Source: Phycisphaerae bacterium (GTDB lineage Bacteria; Planctomycetota; Phycisphaerae; UBA1845; Fen-1342). Taken from it: a stretch of DNA of 64,000 nt. Numbering within the stretch: the first letter of the stretch is position 1; each line of letters starts with the position of its first letter. Made by a program: the position numbers and the translations under genes. The stretch is taken from assembly GCA_963675745.2 (NCBI GenBank), contig CAXXWX010000028.1:64001-128000 (forward strand). Reading direction: 5' to 3'. The notes under the pieces were generated by a model. That model was not told the DNA's origin. It saw only the letters and a list, made by a program, of their open reading frames with translations, and made no database searches. Below are positions 9,268 to 19,300 of the stretch, piece by piece.

Positions 9268-9399
9268 GGTGAAACACCTCCCTGGTTCCAACATTCTGCT
9301 GCGGGATGAAGACGAGAGACCTCACGTACGTCGGAGGGACAGCGTGAATCGCACATGGGGACCAGCACACCTGATGATGAGAATGTGCTCATCCACCTG

Positions 9400-10425
9400 T
9401 CAATCGGGCAGGTTGGCGTTGTATTGTGCCCAATACCCGTCCCATGGTTTCATTGGCCAGAACGTCCACCCGGTTCCAAACACGTACCGCGTATCGAATT
9501 TCTGGTAGCGCCCGCTGCCATCGAGGAAGCCGGCCACGTGCCGATCCCACTCGCGGTGCCAGCCGATGAGATTCTTCGGTTTGCTGCCGTCACCGGTATC
9601 CTCCGGATCGGCGCCCGGCGGAACCGCCCCCTCAATAGCGTAGTTGAGCCGGTTCTCCATGATGATGACGAACTCCGAGGCCCAGCGCCCGTGGATCTTG
9701 TCGGCGATCATACGCCGCCCCAATCCCGCGGGCGATTTGTATGCACCCAGTATTGTGAGGTGATGCCGACGGCGAGGATCGTTATACGGCATCGCGTCCC
9801 CCGGCGGCACTTTGCGATAGTAATACGGCCAATACCAGTTGATCGCGTAGCTGTTGCCCCAGTATTCCCACGTTTTGTACGGCGTGCGGCCGTCGACATC
9901 GATGTTCGCCTCATCAGCGGTCGGGATTGCGGCGCTGGAATCGGATGGACACTTGAAGAATCCGGGGATGTCGGCCGGCCGCTTGTAGCGATCCTCAGGA
10001 TCGCGATCCCAGCTTACTGTGGCGCTGATGTAGGGGTTGAGCGCACGGTCGCGCGGACGGACCTTGGACACATCCGCCCCCTGCGGCCCGAGGGCGTCTA
10101 TACCGGTGGCGGCCCACGCCGTGTTGTCCTTATCCGGCATACCGCCGCCCCAGACGAACTCGGTGATCACCAGAAACGGCGACCAATAGCCGTCACGAGT
10201 CTTGTAGGCCAGGCCCATCGTCCAGGGCAGGTCTTCGTAATCGTTGAGGTAGGCCGTTGTCGCCTGGGCGTGCGTGCGAATGTTGGACAGGCACACGGCG
10301 GCTTTTGCTTGTTGGCGCGCGCGGGACAAGGACGGCAGCAGTATTGACAGCAGCAGCGCAATAACTGCAACGACGACCAGCAGCTCAATCAGCGTGAAAC
10401 CGCGATCTCGGTGCGCACAACGCAA
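9400..10425 (-). CDS. Prepilin-type N-terminal cleavage/methylation protein (planctomycete DUF1559-like) with H-X9-DG motif
   Basis: GFTLIELLVVVAVIALLLSILLPSLSRARQQAK...CLSN; FKCPSD; WHREWDRHVAGFLDG. Confidence 0.88.
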   Translation of the reverse strand: MRCAHRDRGFTLIELLVVVAVIALLLSILLPSLSRARQQAKAAVCLSNIRTHAQATTAYLNDYEDLPWTMGLAYKTRDGYWSPFLVITEFVWGGGMPDKDNTAWAATGIDALGPQGADVSKVRPRDRALNPYISATVSWDRDPEDRYKRPADIPGFFKCPSDSSAAIPTADEANIDVDGRTPYKTWEYWGNSYAINWYWPYYYRKVPPGDAMPYNDPRRRHHLTILGAYKSPAGLGRRMIADKIHGRWASEFVIIMENRLNYAIEGAVPPGADPEDTGDGSKPKNLIGWHREWDRHVAGFLDGSGRYQKFDTRYVFGTGWTFWPMKPWDGYWAQYNANLPD

Positions 10426-10839
10426 GACGACGTGCCCTTTCGGTCCCCCAGGTCCGGCATCTGGATTATACCACGCCGCAGCGCGAGAACGGAAGTACCA
10501 GATTCACCAAAATGGCGATCGAACGGGCACGGTCGGCCGTGGGCGCTCTTGCGGCGCGATTTTATCGTCCTGTAGGTAAGCGAAGGGGTCGCCGATAAGA
10601 AGTCATCCGGCTACAATGTGCGAGTTCGGGCATTCAGCAATAGGTGTGACGCCCGAAGTCCCATGCGGACACGCAAAACTGCGAGCGTACCTGTTGAGCG
10701 AATCGTCCGGCCCAGACGTCAGCCGCCAGCCAGAGGCGGCAGGTCCCGATAGGCTGATTGGACTGCGCGGAAGCACTGGCGCCGCCAACCAGCGTCAAAG
10801 GAACTGGTCAAATACGGCGGCAAACACAGGGGCGGGGCA

Positions 10840-11457
10840 ATGAGCGTGGAATCAACCGTATATGTGATAGATGACGACGTTGCGGTTCGGCAGACGATCG
10901 TTGCGTTTGTCGAGTCGGCCGGTCTTCCCGCGCGGGCCTTCGCATCCGCCGAGGAGTTTCTGGATGCCTATGAGCCGAGTTGGATCGGGTGTCTGATACT
11001 GGATATCTGCATGCCGGGCATGAGCGGGCTGGACTTGCAGCAGCAACTGGCAACGATGCCGCAGAGTCTGCCGATCATCATGGTAACCGGGCAGGCGGAC
11101 GTACCGATGGCGGTCCAAGCGATGCGGACTGGCGCGGTGGATGTGATCGGAAAGCCGTTCAGCCGACACGCCCTGCTGGAGCGTGTTCAGGAGGCGTTCG
11201 CGCGTGACGCCGGCGCGCGTAAACAGCAGGCCGAGCGCGCGGACACGCTGAGTCGTATTGCGCGCCTCACGCCGCGCGAACACGAAGTAATGGACCTGAT
11301 TGTGGCCGGACGGCACACCAAGGCAATCGCCGCCGAGTTGAAGCTCAGTCCCAAGACAGTGGAGTCCTATCGAGCCAGCCTGATGGTCAAGATGACCGCC
11401 GAGAACGTCGCCGACCTGGTGCGCCGGGTGGTGGCGTGCGGCGCGGCCAAGGACTGA
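10840..11457 (+). CDS. FixJ-type response regulator (REC plus LuxR HTH)
   Basis: VYVIDDD, LILDICMPGMSG, KPF, LTPREHEV...LSPKTVESYR. Confidence 0.93.
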   Translation: MSVESTVYVIDDDVAVRQTIVAFVESAGLPARAFASAEEFLDAYEPSWIGCLILDICMPGMSGLDLQQQLATMPQSLPIIMVTGQADVPMAVQAMRTGAVDVIGKPFSRHALLERVQEAFARDAGARKQQAERADTLSRIARLTPREHEVMDLIVAGRHTKAIAAELKLSPKTVESYRASLMVKMTAENVADLVRRVVACGAAKD

Positions 11458-11597
11458 CTCTGCACATCGCACTCGACGCACGCCGGAAGACCGACCAAAG
11501 CACGTTCAGCAGACCCGTAACGTAAGGCGTTCCCACCTGACGTTTCTTGCGCTGGTCAGGCAGGGACGCGTCACGCCACAGTCGGGTTGCAACGGCG

Positions 11598-13028
11598 TCA
11601 GCTCACCGGCGCCAGGGCGACTTCCCGCCGGAGATACTCGTCAATGGACTTGGCCACGACCTTACCGTCGCCCATGGCGAGGATGACCGTGGCGGCGCCG
11701 CGCATGATGTCGCCGCCGGCAAAAACGCCCCGCTTGGTCGTCATCAGCTTGTCATCGACTTCGATGTATCCCCACTTGTTGAGCTTGATGTCCGGCGTGG
11801 TCGACGTGAGCAACGGGTTCGCACCGGCGCCGAGGGCCTCGATAACCACGTCGCAATCAACGGTGAATTCTGATCCCTCGATGGGAACCGGGCGCCGTCG
11901 ACCGGAAGCGTCCGGCTCACCAAGCTCCATGCGGATACATTCGAGACCTTTGACCCACCCATCTTCGGTGCCGAGGATGCGCCTGGGATTGCACAACAGG
12001 TTGAAGATGATGCCCTCTTCCTCGGCGTGGGCGATCTCCTCGTTTCGCGCGGGCATTTCGGCACGGCTGCGACGGTAGATCAGCATGGCCTCCTTCGCTC
12101 CGAGCCGTTTGGCGGTGCGCACGGAGTCCATCGCCACGTTGCCGCCACCGATGACTGCCACGTGCTCACCCTTGATGATTGGCGTGTCCGTCGCCGGGAA
12201 CTCGTAAGCCCCCATCAGGTTGGTGCGCGTGAGATACTCATTGGCCGAGTACACGCCCTTGAGATTCTCGCCGGGGATGTTCATGAAGATCGGCAAGCCG
12301 GCACCGATGCCGACAAAGACGGCGTGGAATCCCTCTTCGGCGAGCAGTTCGTCAACCGTGAACGTGCGGCCGACCACGACATTGCAGACGATCTCGACAC
12401 CCATCTCGACGAGACGTCCGACCTCGGCCTCGATGACCTTGTTGGGCAGCCGAAACTCGGGGATGCCGTAGACCAGCACGCCGCCCGGTTTGTGCAGCGC
12501 CTCGAAAATCGTGACCTTGTGTCCCATCTTGGCGAGTTCGCCGGCGGCGGTCAGGCCGGCCGGCCCCGAACCCACGATGGCCACCTTGTATCCGGTCGGC
12601 TCGGGAATGATCTGCTTCACGTCGTAGTTTTCGCGCGCCCAGTCGGCGATGAAGCGTTCGAGGTGACCTACGGCCACCGGAACCCCCTTGCCCTTGCCAC
12701 GCACGCACACCTGCTCACACTGCTCCTCCTGCGGGCATACGCGGCCGGTGATACCGGGTAGGGCGTTGGCCGACAGCAGAACCTCGGCGGCCTTGTTGAA
12801 ATTCTCCTCCTCGATGTAACCCATGAACTCGGGGATATTGATACCGACCGGGCAACCATTGATGCACTGACCACTCTCGCAGTGCAGGCAACGAGCCGCC
12901 TCGGTCAGGGCCATCTTCTCGGCGAACCCCAGATTGACCTCGTTGAAATCCACGTTGCGTTCGTCGGGGTCGCGCTCGGGCATGTGCTGGCGTTGGATTT
13001 TCATCCGTTCTTTGGGCGTTAGTGCCAT
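11598..13028 (-). CDS. nfnB: NfnB/SudA-like (GltD-like) NADPH oxidoreductase large subunit
   Basis: EAARCLHC...CINGCPV, GRVCPQEEQC, VAIVGSGPAG, GGGNVAMD, FAGGD; downstream of an NfnA-like gene with no gltB nearby. Confidence 0.85.
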   Translation of the reverse strand: MALTPKERMKIQRQHMPERDPDERNVDFNEVNLGFAEKMALTEAARCLHCESGQCINGCPVGINIPEFMGYIEEENFNKAAEVLLSANALPGITGRVCPQEEQCEQVCVRGKGKGVPVAVGHLERFIADWARENYDVKQIIPEPTGYKVAIVGSGPAGLTAAGELAKMGHKVTIFEALHKPGGVLVYGIPEFRLPNKVIEAEVGRLVEMGVEIVCNVVVGRTFTVDELLAEEGFHAVFVGIGAGLPIFMNIPGENLKGVYSANEYLTRTNLMGAYEFPATDTPIIKGEHVAVIGGGNVAMDSVRTAKRLGAKEAMLIYRRSRAEMPARNEEIAHAEEEGIIFNLLCNPRRILGTEDGWVKGLECIRMELGEPDASGRRRPVPIEGSEFTVDCDVVIEALGAGANPLLTSTTPDIKLNKWGYIEVDDKLMTTKRGVFAGGDIMRGAATVILAMGDGKVVAKSIDEYLRREVALAPVS

Positions 13029-13123
13029 TGCGGGGGGACTCTCCACTCTGCTATCGGGCACCGAAAGTGCGCGGCGCCCGGGGGACAAATATCATGAATC
13101 TCGGTGATACATCGACACCACGG

Positions 13124-13978
13124 TTACGCGGGGACCTGGGAATCCAGGCGGCATTCGTGTGAGGTACGTTCCACGGCGACTCGCTCCTGGTCGCGGTATG
13201 CCGTCAGCCGATCCGCCAACTCCGCGAAGTCGACGCTGTGGCCGTCAAACTCCGGACCGTCCACACAGGCGAACTTGGTCTCGCCGCCGACGGATACCCG
13301 GCAACCGCCACACATGCCGGTCCCATCCACCATGATCGGATTGAGCGAGACAATGGTCTTGATGCCCGCCGGACGCGTCGCCTCGGCGAGGTAGCGCATC
13401 ATGGGTACCGGGCCGGCGGCGTAGACGGCGCCCAGCGGACGCTCCTGGTCCGCCATCAGCTCGTTCAGCTTGTCGACCACGGTGCCGTGAAACCCGTGGC
13501 TGCCATCATCTGTGCAGGCATAGACCACATCAGAAACGTCACCAAGCGCCTCTTCGAGCACCACCAACTCTTTCGTGCGGCCCCCGGTGATCGCGGATAC
13601 ATAGTTCCCCGCTTCGCGCAGCGCCTGGGCCAGTGGATATATGACCGCGGCGCCCACGCCGCCACCAACGACGCAAGCGTGGCCGACCTTCTCGATCTCC
13701 GTCGGTTTTCCGAGCGGGCCCATCACGTCGCTGATGGTGTCACCTTTCTCTTTCTTGCAAAGTTCGATCGTGGTCTTCCCGATGGCTTTGACAATGATCT
13801 CAATGAACCCCTGCTGCTTGTCCGAGTGCGCGATCGTCAGCGGGATACGCTCGCCCGTCTCGGAAAGCCTGAGAATGATGAACTGCCCCGGTTGGCGGTG
13901 TTTGGCCACCAGCGGCGCATCTATGCGAAACCACTTCACGTCAGAGGCCAACTGCTTCGTGTCGAGAATCTTGAACAT
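13124..13978 (-). CDS. nfnA: NfnA/SudB-like FAD/[2Fe-2S] small subunit of electron-bifurcating transhydrogenase
   Basis: PGQFIILR...ERIPLTI, GGGVG, MVDGTGMCGGCRV...CVDGPEFDG (Asp-ligated 2Fe-2S motif). Start 13978 or 13993. Confidence 0.87.
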   Translation of the reverse strand: MFKILDTKQLASDVKWFRIDAPLVAKHRQPGQFIILRLSETGERIPLTIAHSDKQQGFIEIIVKAIGKTTIELCKKEKGDTISDVMGPLGKPTEIEKVGHACVVGGGVGAAVIYPLAQALREAGNYVSAITGGRTKELVVLEEALGDVSDVVYACTDDGSHGFHGTVVDKLNELMADQERPLGAVYAAGPVPMMRYLAEATRPAGIKTIVSLNPIMVDGTGMCGGCRVSVGGETKFACVDGPEFDGHSVDFAELADRLTAYRDQERVAVERTSHECRLDSQVPA

Positions 13979-14110
13979 GTCTTGCTGTCCCATGGAGGAG
14001 CCCACGGTTCGGCGTCCACGGCCGCGCCGCACCCCGGACTCACGCGAAATAGTGAATTATGCATCCTAGCACAGACCCGCGGCGGAAAACAAGCGGGCGA
14101 GAGGGGAAGC

Positions 14111-14160
14111 GGAGACAGGGAACAGGGAACGGGGAACGGGGAACAGGGAACAGGGAACAG
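14111..14160. repeat. Heptamer tandem repeat (GGGAACR)x6 plus one degenerate unit
   Basis: gggaaca/gggaacg units at 14118-14159. Confidence 0.9.
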
Positions 14161-14165
14161 CTCTC

Positions 14166-14648
14166 TTACCACCAGCCAGTGTATGGTGGGTTGGGGTCGC
14201 GGCAGGTTTCGCCCAGGTGAAAGCGCTCGTAACCCTCGAAGACGCGATCCAGGAAATAGCTGGATCGCTCCGACTCGAAGTAGCTCTTGCCTGTATTGGG
14301 CGCTTCACGCTCGGACCAACCGGGCGTGTCTTTCGGGCAGTGGAAAATGCGCGTCTCGACATCGACATATCCCTGCAGGACATCAGCGACAAAGATGGGC
14401 GTGTCGCCCTCGACCGGGGCGGGGCTGATCGAAGGCATACGCGAAGCGATCGGCCGCTGTTCGGTGGCCTCGCTGTACATTGCTACAGCGACGTTAAGCT
14501 GGTGGAGTTGCCCACTGCAGATCTCTCGAAGCGCGTGCTCGCGGGCTCGTCTGAGAGTCGGCAGCGCCAGCGCGAGCAGCAATCCGATCAGCGCAATCAC
14601 GATCAGCAGCTCGACCAGGGTGAATCCGACTCGCGTCCTCCGGCACAT
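14166..14648 (-). CDS. Short prepilin-type N-terminal cleavage/methylation protein
   Basis: GFTLVELLIVIALIGLLLALALPTLRRARE...C; FHCPKD. Confidence 0.85.
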   Translation of the reverse strand: MCRRTRVGFTLVELLIVIALIGLLLALALPTLRRAREHALREICSGQLHQLNVAVAMYSEATEQRPIASRMPSISPAPVEGDTPIFVADVLQGYVDVETRIFHCPKDTPGWSEREAPNTGKSYFESERSSYFLDRVFEGYERFHLGETCRDPNPPYTGWW

Positions 14649-14782
14649 CGGCAGTCATTACCCCGCGGCGCCAGCACCCAATCCGCTGGTCATTCGCTCA
14701 CAAACAGGCTTGAAGCAGACCCGCCAATTGTACACGTTTCGAGCGAACCGTGCGCCGCGGCCGCCAATGCGGATGTCGGCCG

Positions 14783-15742
14783 CTACGGTCTGTCCGGCTT
14801 CGGCGTGGCACTGGTTATGATTTCGGTGGCGCGTTTGACGACGTCGGCAACCGCGATTTCGCCGGCAATGTCGATCCAGTGGACATCCTGCAAACGACGC
14901 ATCCAGGTACGCTGGTGCTTGGCGAGCCGGCGGGAGTGGATCTTGATCTGCTCGATGGCGTAGTCCAGCGAGCATTTGCCCTCAAAGTGCTCAAACAGCT
15001 CGTAATAGCCAACCGCCTGAATCGCCTGATCGCCGACTCCACGCGGGTTTTCCCAGAGTCGGCGGGCCTCTTCAACCAGGCCGGCTTGCACCATGCGCCG
15101 CACACGTTGGTTTATGCGCCGGCTGTTGAGTTCGCGCTCGTGGCGGATACCGATCAGCGTCCAACGCCAATCGGGCCGGCGCCGATGGTGCCCACCCCAC
15201 TCCTGCTGTAGCTCACTGATGCGCTGACCGCTGACCCGGTAAACCTCGATCGCCCGTTCAATGCGCCGAAGATCATTGGGATGGATGCGCTCGGCCGCCA
15301 GGGGGTCGATTTGCTGAAGTTCGGCGTATACCGCGGCGATCCCGTCATTTTCCACGCGCCGGCGAATCTCGGCGCGTACGGCCGGATCGGACGACGGCCC
15401 TTCAAAGAGCCCCTCGTACAGCCCCTTGAAGTAGAGCATTGTGCCGCCGACCAGGATGGCCGGCTTGCCGCGTGCGTGCATGTCGTCGATGGCGGCGTCG
15501 GCGAGTTCGACATAGCGTTTGACGCTGAACGACTCCCATGGATCGACGACATCGATCAGATGATGCCGCACTTCATCGAGATGTTCCTTTGACGGCTTGG
15601 CGGTGCCGACATCCATGCCGCGAAAGACCTTCATGGAATCCATGCTGACGATTTCGCCGCCGAGCTCGAGCGCAAGGCGGTGGGCAAGCTTGTTCTTACC
15701 GCTGGCGGTCGTGCCCAGGATGACGATGACACGCGTTTCCAT
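14783..15742 (-). CDS. miaA: tRNA dimethylallyltransferase
   Basis: GTTASGK, DSMKVFRGMDVGTAKP, VGGTMLY, IHPNDLRRIERAIEV, LAKHQRTW. Confidence 0.96.
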   Translation of the reverse strand: METRVIVILGTTASGKNKLAHRLALELGGEIVSMDSMKVFRGMDVGTAKPSKEHLDEVRHHLIDVVDPWESFSVKRYVELADAAIDDMHARGKPAILVGGTMLYFKGLYEGLFEGPSSDPAVRAEIRRRVENDGIAAVYAELQQIDPLAAERIHPNDLRRIERAIEVYRVSGQRISELQQEWGGHHRRRPDWRWTLIGIRHERELNSRRINQRVRRMVQAGLVEEARRLWENPRGVGDQAIQAVGYYELFEHFEGKCSLDYAIEQIKIHSRRLAKHQRTWMRRLQDVHWIDIAGEIAVADVVKRATEIITSATPKPDRP

Positions 15743-15864
15743 GACCGGACAGTGTGCCGGCCATCGCCGCCGGCGGCAAGCCGCCGTGGTCGTGGCCTTT
15801 GACCAAACGCCATCCTTGGCCGATCATACGCAAGCGAATCGGTAACCCCGCAGAGGAGTACGCC

Positions 15865-16173
15865 ATGCGCGCACGATGGGCAATAGCACTAGCCGCCACG
15901 ATTCTGTTCCTGCCGCTCACCGGCTGCCTGACGGTGCAGGCGCCTGAGCGCATTGAGGTCGGTAGCCGCTCACCCGAACCGGTGGACAGCAAGCGTCTGC
16001 CGGCGACGAGTTCGCATGCGGACTGCCGGTCCGAGCTCGAAAAAGCGTACCAGAACATTCAGTGGCTCGAGAGCGAGAACGAGAAGCTGCGTGAAAAAGC
16101 GGCGCGGTATAAAGACGAGCGCGACCGCTGTAAAGATGACCTGGAGCGCCACGAGGACCGGTACGACGACTAG
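15865..16173 (+). CDS. Small coiled-coil lipoprotein, unknown function
   Basis: GAGGAG RBS; signal peptide with lipobox LTGC; charged heptad-rich C-terminus. Confidence 0.75.
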   Translation: MRARWAIALAATILFLPLTGCLTVQAPERIEVGSRSPEPVDSKRLPATSSHADCRSELEKAYQNIQWLESENEKLREKAARYKDERDRCKDDLERHEDRYDD

Positions 16174-16249
16174 CGGGACGCCGCAGCCGCGACGCCGGCG
16201 GGACGTGGTTCGCGGGCCGCTCGTGCTGGGCGGCATCGTTGAATCTCCA

Positions 16250-16292
16250 CGGCCGGCGGGGCGCCGGCCGCATTGGTGCTACCGGCCGCTAC
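16250..16292. repeat. REP copy with duplicated GTAG end
   Basis: CGGCCGGC-GGGGC-GCCGGCCG hairpin followed by CTAC-CGGCCG-CTAC. Confidence 0.6.
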
Positions 16293-16370
16293 ATTTTGGG
16301 GAACAGCCTCTGATCAGGCCGGGCGGCCACGCCGGGGATGGCTGCAACGGGCTTCTTGGGGTGGCATGTC

Positions 16371-19300
16371 ATGGCGGTGCGGTTTGTCCTGGGCCGAGCG
16401 GGAAGCGGTAAGACGCATCACTGCGTTGAAGCCGTCCTGGCCGCGTTGGCGCGTCGCGACGACGGCCGACTGATTCTGCTGGTCCCCGAGCAAGCCAGCT
16501 TTCAGATGGAACGTACGCTGGCGCTGCGCTGCCCCGGGGGCGGCTACTGCCGGGCGGAGGTACTCAGCTTTTCGCGGCTTGTTCATCGCGTCTGGGACGA
16601 GCTGGGCGTCGAACCGCCGTTGCTCAGCCGCGGCGCGCGCGCATTGGCATTGCGTGCCGTCGCGACCCGTCACGCCGGCTCCCTGCGTCTTTTTCGCACG
16701 GCCGCCGACAGCAGCGGCTTTTTCGCCGAACTCGACCGTCTGATTGAGGAACTGCTGCTCGATAACGTCATGCCCGAGGACCTCGCGGCTACGTCGGAGG
16801 CTCTGCCGGACAAACGCCTGCGGCGCAAGACGGCCGAGATCGCGCGCTTGTATCGCGCGTATCTTGACTGGCTCGGCCCGCATCGCGTCGATCCGGCGTT
16901 GCGGCTGAGAGTTCTGCGCGAGCGGCTTGAGCGGTCGGATTGGCTGCGCAACACCGAGGTTTGGGTTGATGGCTTTGCGGGATTCACCGGCCAGGAGCGG
17001 CTGACACTGGTAACGCTCGGACGCCTGGCGCGCGAGGTCTCGATCACGCTGCTCCTCGACCCCGAGCGAGACGTTTCAGAGGAACGACCCGACCCACTCA
17101 CCCTGTTCGGGCGCACGGTAGTCACATATCAGCGTCTGCGCGCCGAGCTGTCAGGCGCCGGCGTGGCGCTGCGCGCCCCCCTGCTGCTCACGCCACGTGT
17201 GCCCGCACGTTTCACGCACGCACCGGAACTCGCACACCTGGAGTCCAGGCTCGCCGGCGAAATGACTGGTGGCGCACAACGCGAGACCGCTGATACGGGC
17301 GCCGTCCGCGTACTGGCCTGCGCCACGCATCGCGCCGAGGTGCGCCAGGCCGCACGGTTTATTCGCCAGAAGCTGAGCACATCCACCAGCGACTTGCGAT
17401 TTCGTGACTTCGCCGTCATCGCGCGGGATTTGGAGCCGTTCGCTGACACGATCGCGGCGGTTTTTGGTGAGTACGAGATCCCCTACTTCCTGGACCGACG
17501 GCGACCGCTGCGTGGCCACGCGCTGAGCCGGCTTGTGCATGGCCTGCTGGACGCCGTGAATAGTGATTGCTCGGTCGCGGCAATGACGCTGCTGCTGCGT
17601 ACGGGGCTTTTGCCGATGTTGCACGATGAGGCCGACAAACTGGAGGAGCTGCTCGTCTATCAGCAGATGCACGGGTTGGCGACGTGGCAGCGACCGGCCT
17701 GGGACTTTCTCAGCGACGAGGCAACACTCAGTCGCAGCTCACAGTCACGACAGCGACGGCGCCGCGAAAGCGAGAGCATTCGCGCGGGGCGGCTGCGCAT
17801 CGCCGCGGCACTCGATCCACTGATGAGGCTCGCCCGTGGCGCCAGACCCGCCAGCGGCAGAGTTTGGGCCGCACAACTGTACGAGGCACTTGTCGCGCTC
17901 GGACTGCCCCGGCGGATTGAAGGCTGGATCAGCGCCGCGCGTGCCGCCGGTGAGTGGGAGACGGCGGAGACGCACCGTGCGGCGTGGGAAGCACTTTGCG
18001 ACAGCCTGACCGAGCTGCACGACGTGCTGGACGAGTCACCGCTGTCAACGTCCGATCTCGTGGACATCCTGTCATCGGCACTGGGCGAGCTGACACTGGG
18101 ACTGGCGCCGCCGACGCTGGATCAGGTGCTGGTCAGCTCGATAGACCGCAGCCGGCATCCGGACATCAAACACGCCTGGATACTGGCGTTTAACGAGGGC
18201 GTGTTTCCATCACGGCCAACGGAAGACACGCTCCTGACGACCGCTGATCGCGAATCGCTGAGCGCGGCGGGACTCGCCGCTCCCCTGCCACATCGTGACG
18301 ACGTCTTTGGCGAGCGACTGCTGGCCTACATCGCCTGCACGCGGCCGTCACAAAGCCTGACGATCAGCTACGCAACCACCGATAACGCGGGCGAACCACT
18401 GCCGCCATCGCCGCTGCTGGAGCACTTACGTCGCGCGCTGCCCCACCTGCGGCCCGAACGCGAGCAGGTCAACGCACCACCCACGACCATCCGCGAGTTG
18501 GTGCGCGATTACCACGATTGTCGCGCGAGCAATGACACTTCGCCCGCGATGGCGCGCTATATGGCATTGCGCGGAGAATTGGAGCGCGACCCAACTCACG
18601 CACCGCTGCTACAACGCCTTACGCGTGGTGAGCGCTATGCCAATAGCCCCGAGCTAATCGGCAACTATCGGCGGCGCGCCGAAGATGCGCCGGACGTGCT
18701 GTGGACAACCTCACCTTCCGAGCTGGAGACATACATCCAGTGCCCCTTCAAGCATTTCGTGCAGTACGGCTTGCGCGTCGCGGAGCAGCGCGGCCCGCAA
18801 CCGCTGAGTTGGGATCTCGGCAGTCTTGCACATGACTTACTTGCGGAAGTTACCCGCCGCGCGCTGGCGACAGGCCAAGTCGGCGACTTGAGCGATGGGC
18901 GTTGGCAGGAACTGCTGGACGCGACACTTGCAACGCAAGTCGGTTCGCGGCCGCCGGACCTGGACAGCCTCCAGCCGCGGCGGGGATTTCTCGGCGGGTT
19001 TCAGGGCGAATTCACGCGGGAGGTTCTTCAGGCCCATGTCAGTCGATGGCGCCGGGGTGAGTTTGAGCCATACCTGTGTGAGCAGTTGATCGATGATACG
19101 GACGGGGCCCTGCCGGTCCTGCGCGTGCCGCTGGCCGATGGCGGCGTCGTCCGCGTGCGCGGCCGGATCGATCGTGTGGATCGGCGGATCGATGCGCAGG
19201 GCACATGGCTGCTGCTGTATGACTACAAGACAAAGCCGCACGCGCTGACGGCACGTTTTCTCACCGGTGATCGGCTGCAATTGCTGCTCTATGCGCTGGC

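Noticed and set aside
7801..10347. Long plus-strand ORFs 7801-8832 and 9355-10347 (and similar ones at 13238, 28401, 38719, 49413)
   Set aside because: Antisense shadows of well-supported genes, expected at high GC; no recognisable motifs.
10660..10760. c-di-GMP-I riboswitch suggested by CGCAAAAC
   Set aside because: The upstream GGCAAAC/GNRA P2 elements are missing; the match is too short.
11598..13028. Glutamate synthase small subunit (gltD) call
   Set aside because: No gltB nearby and it is paired with an NfnA-type gene, so NfnB/SudA fits better.
14038..14056. Rex/CRP-like operator upstream of nfnA (TCAC-n8-GTGA)
   Set aside because: Half-sites are in the wrong orientation for Rex or CRP boxes and too short to be significant.
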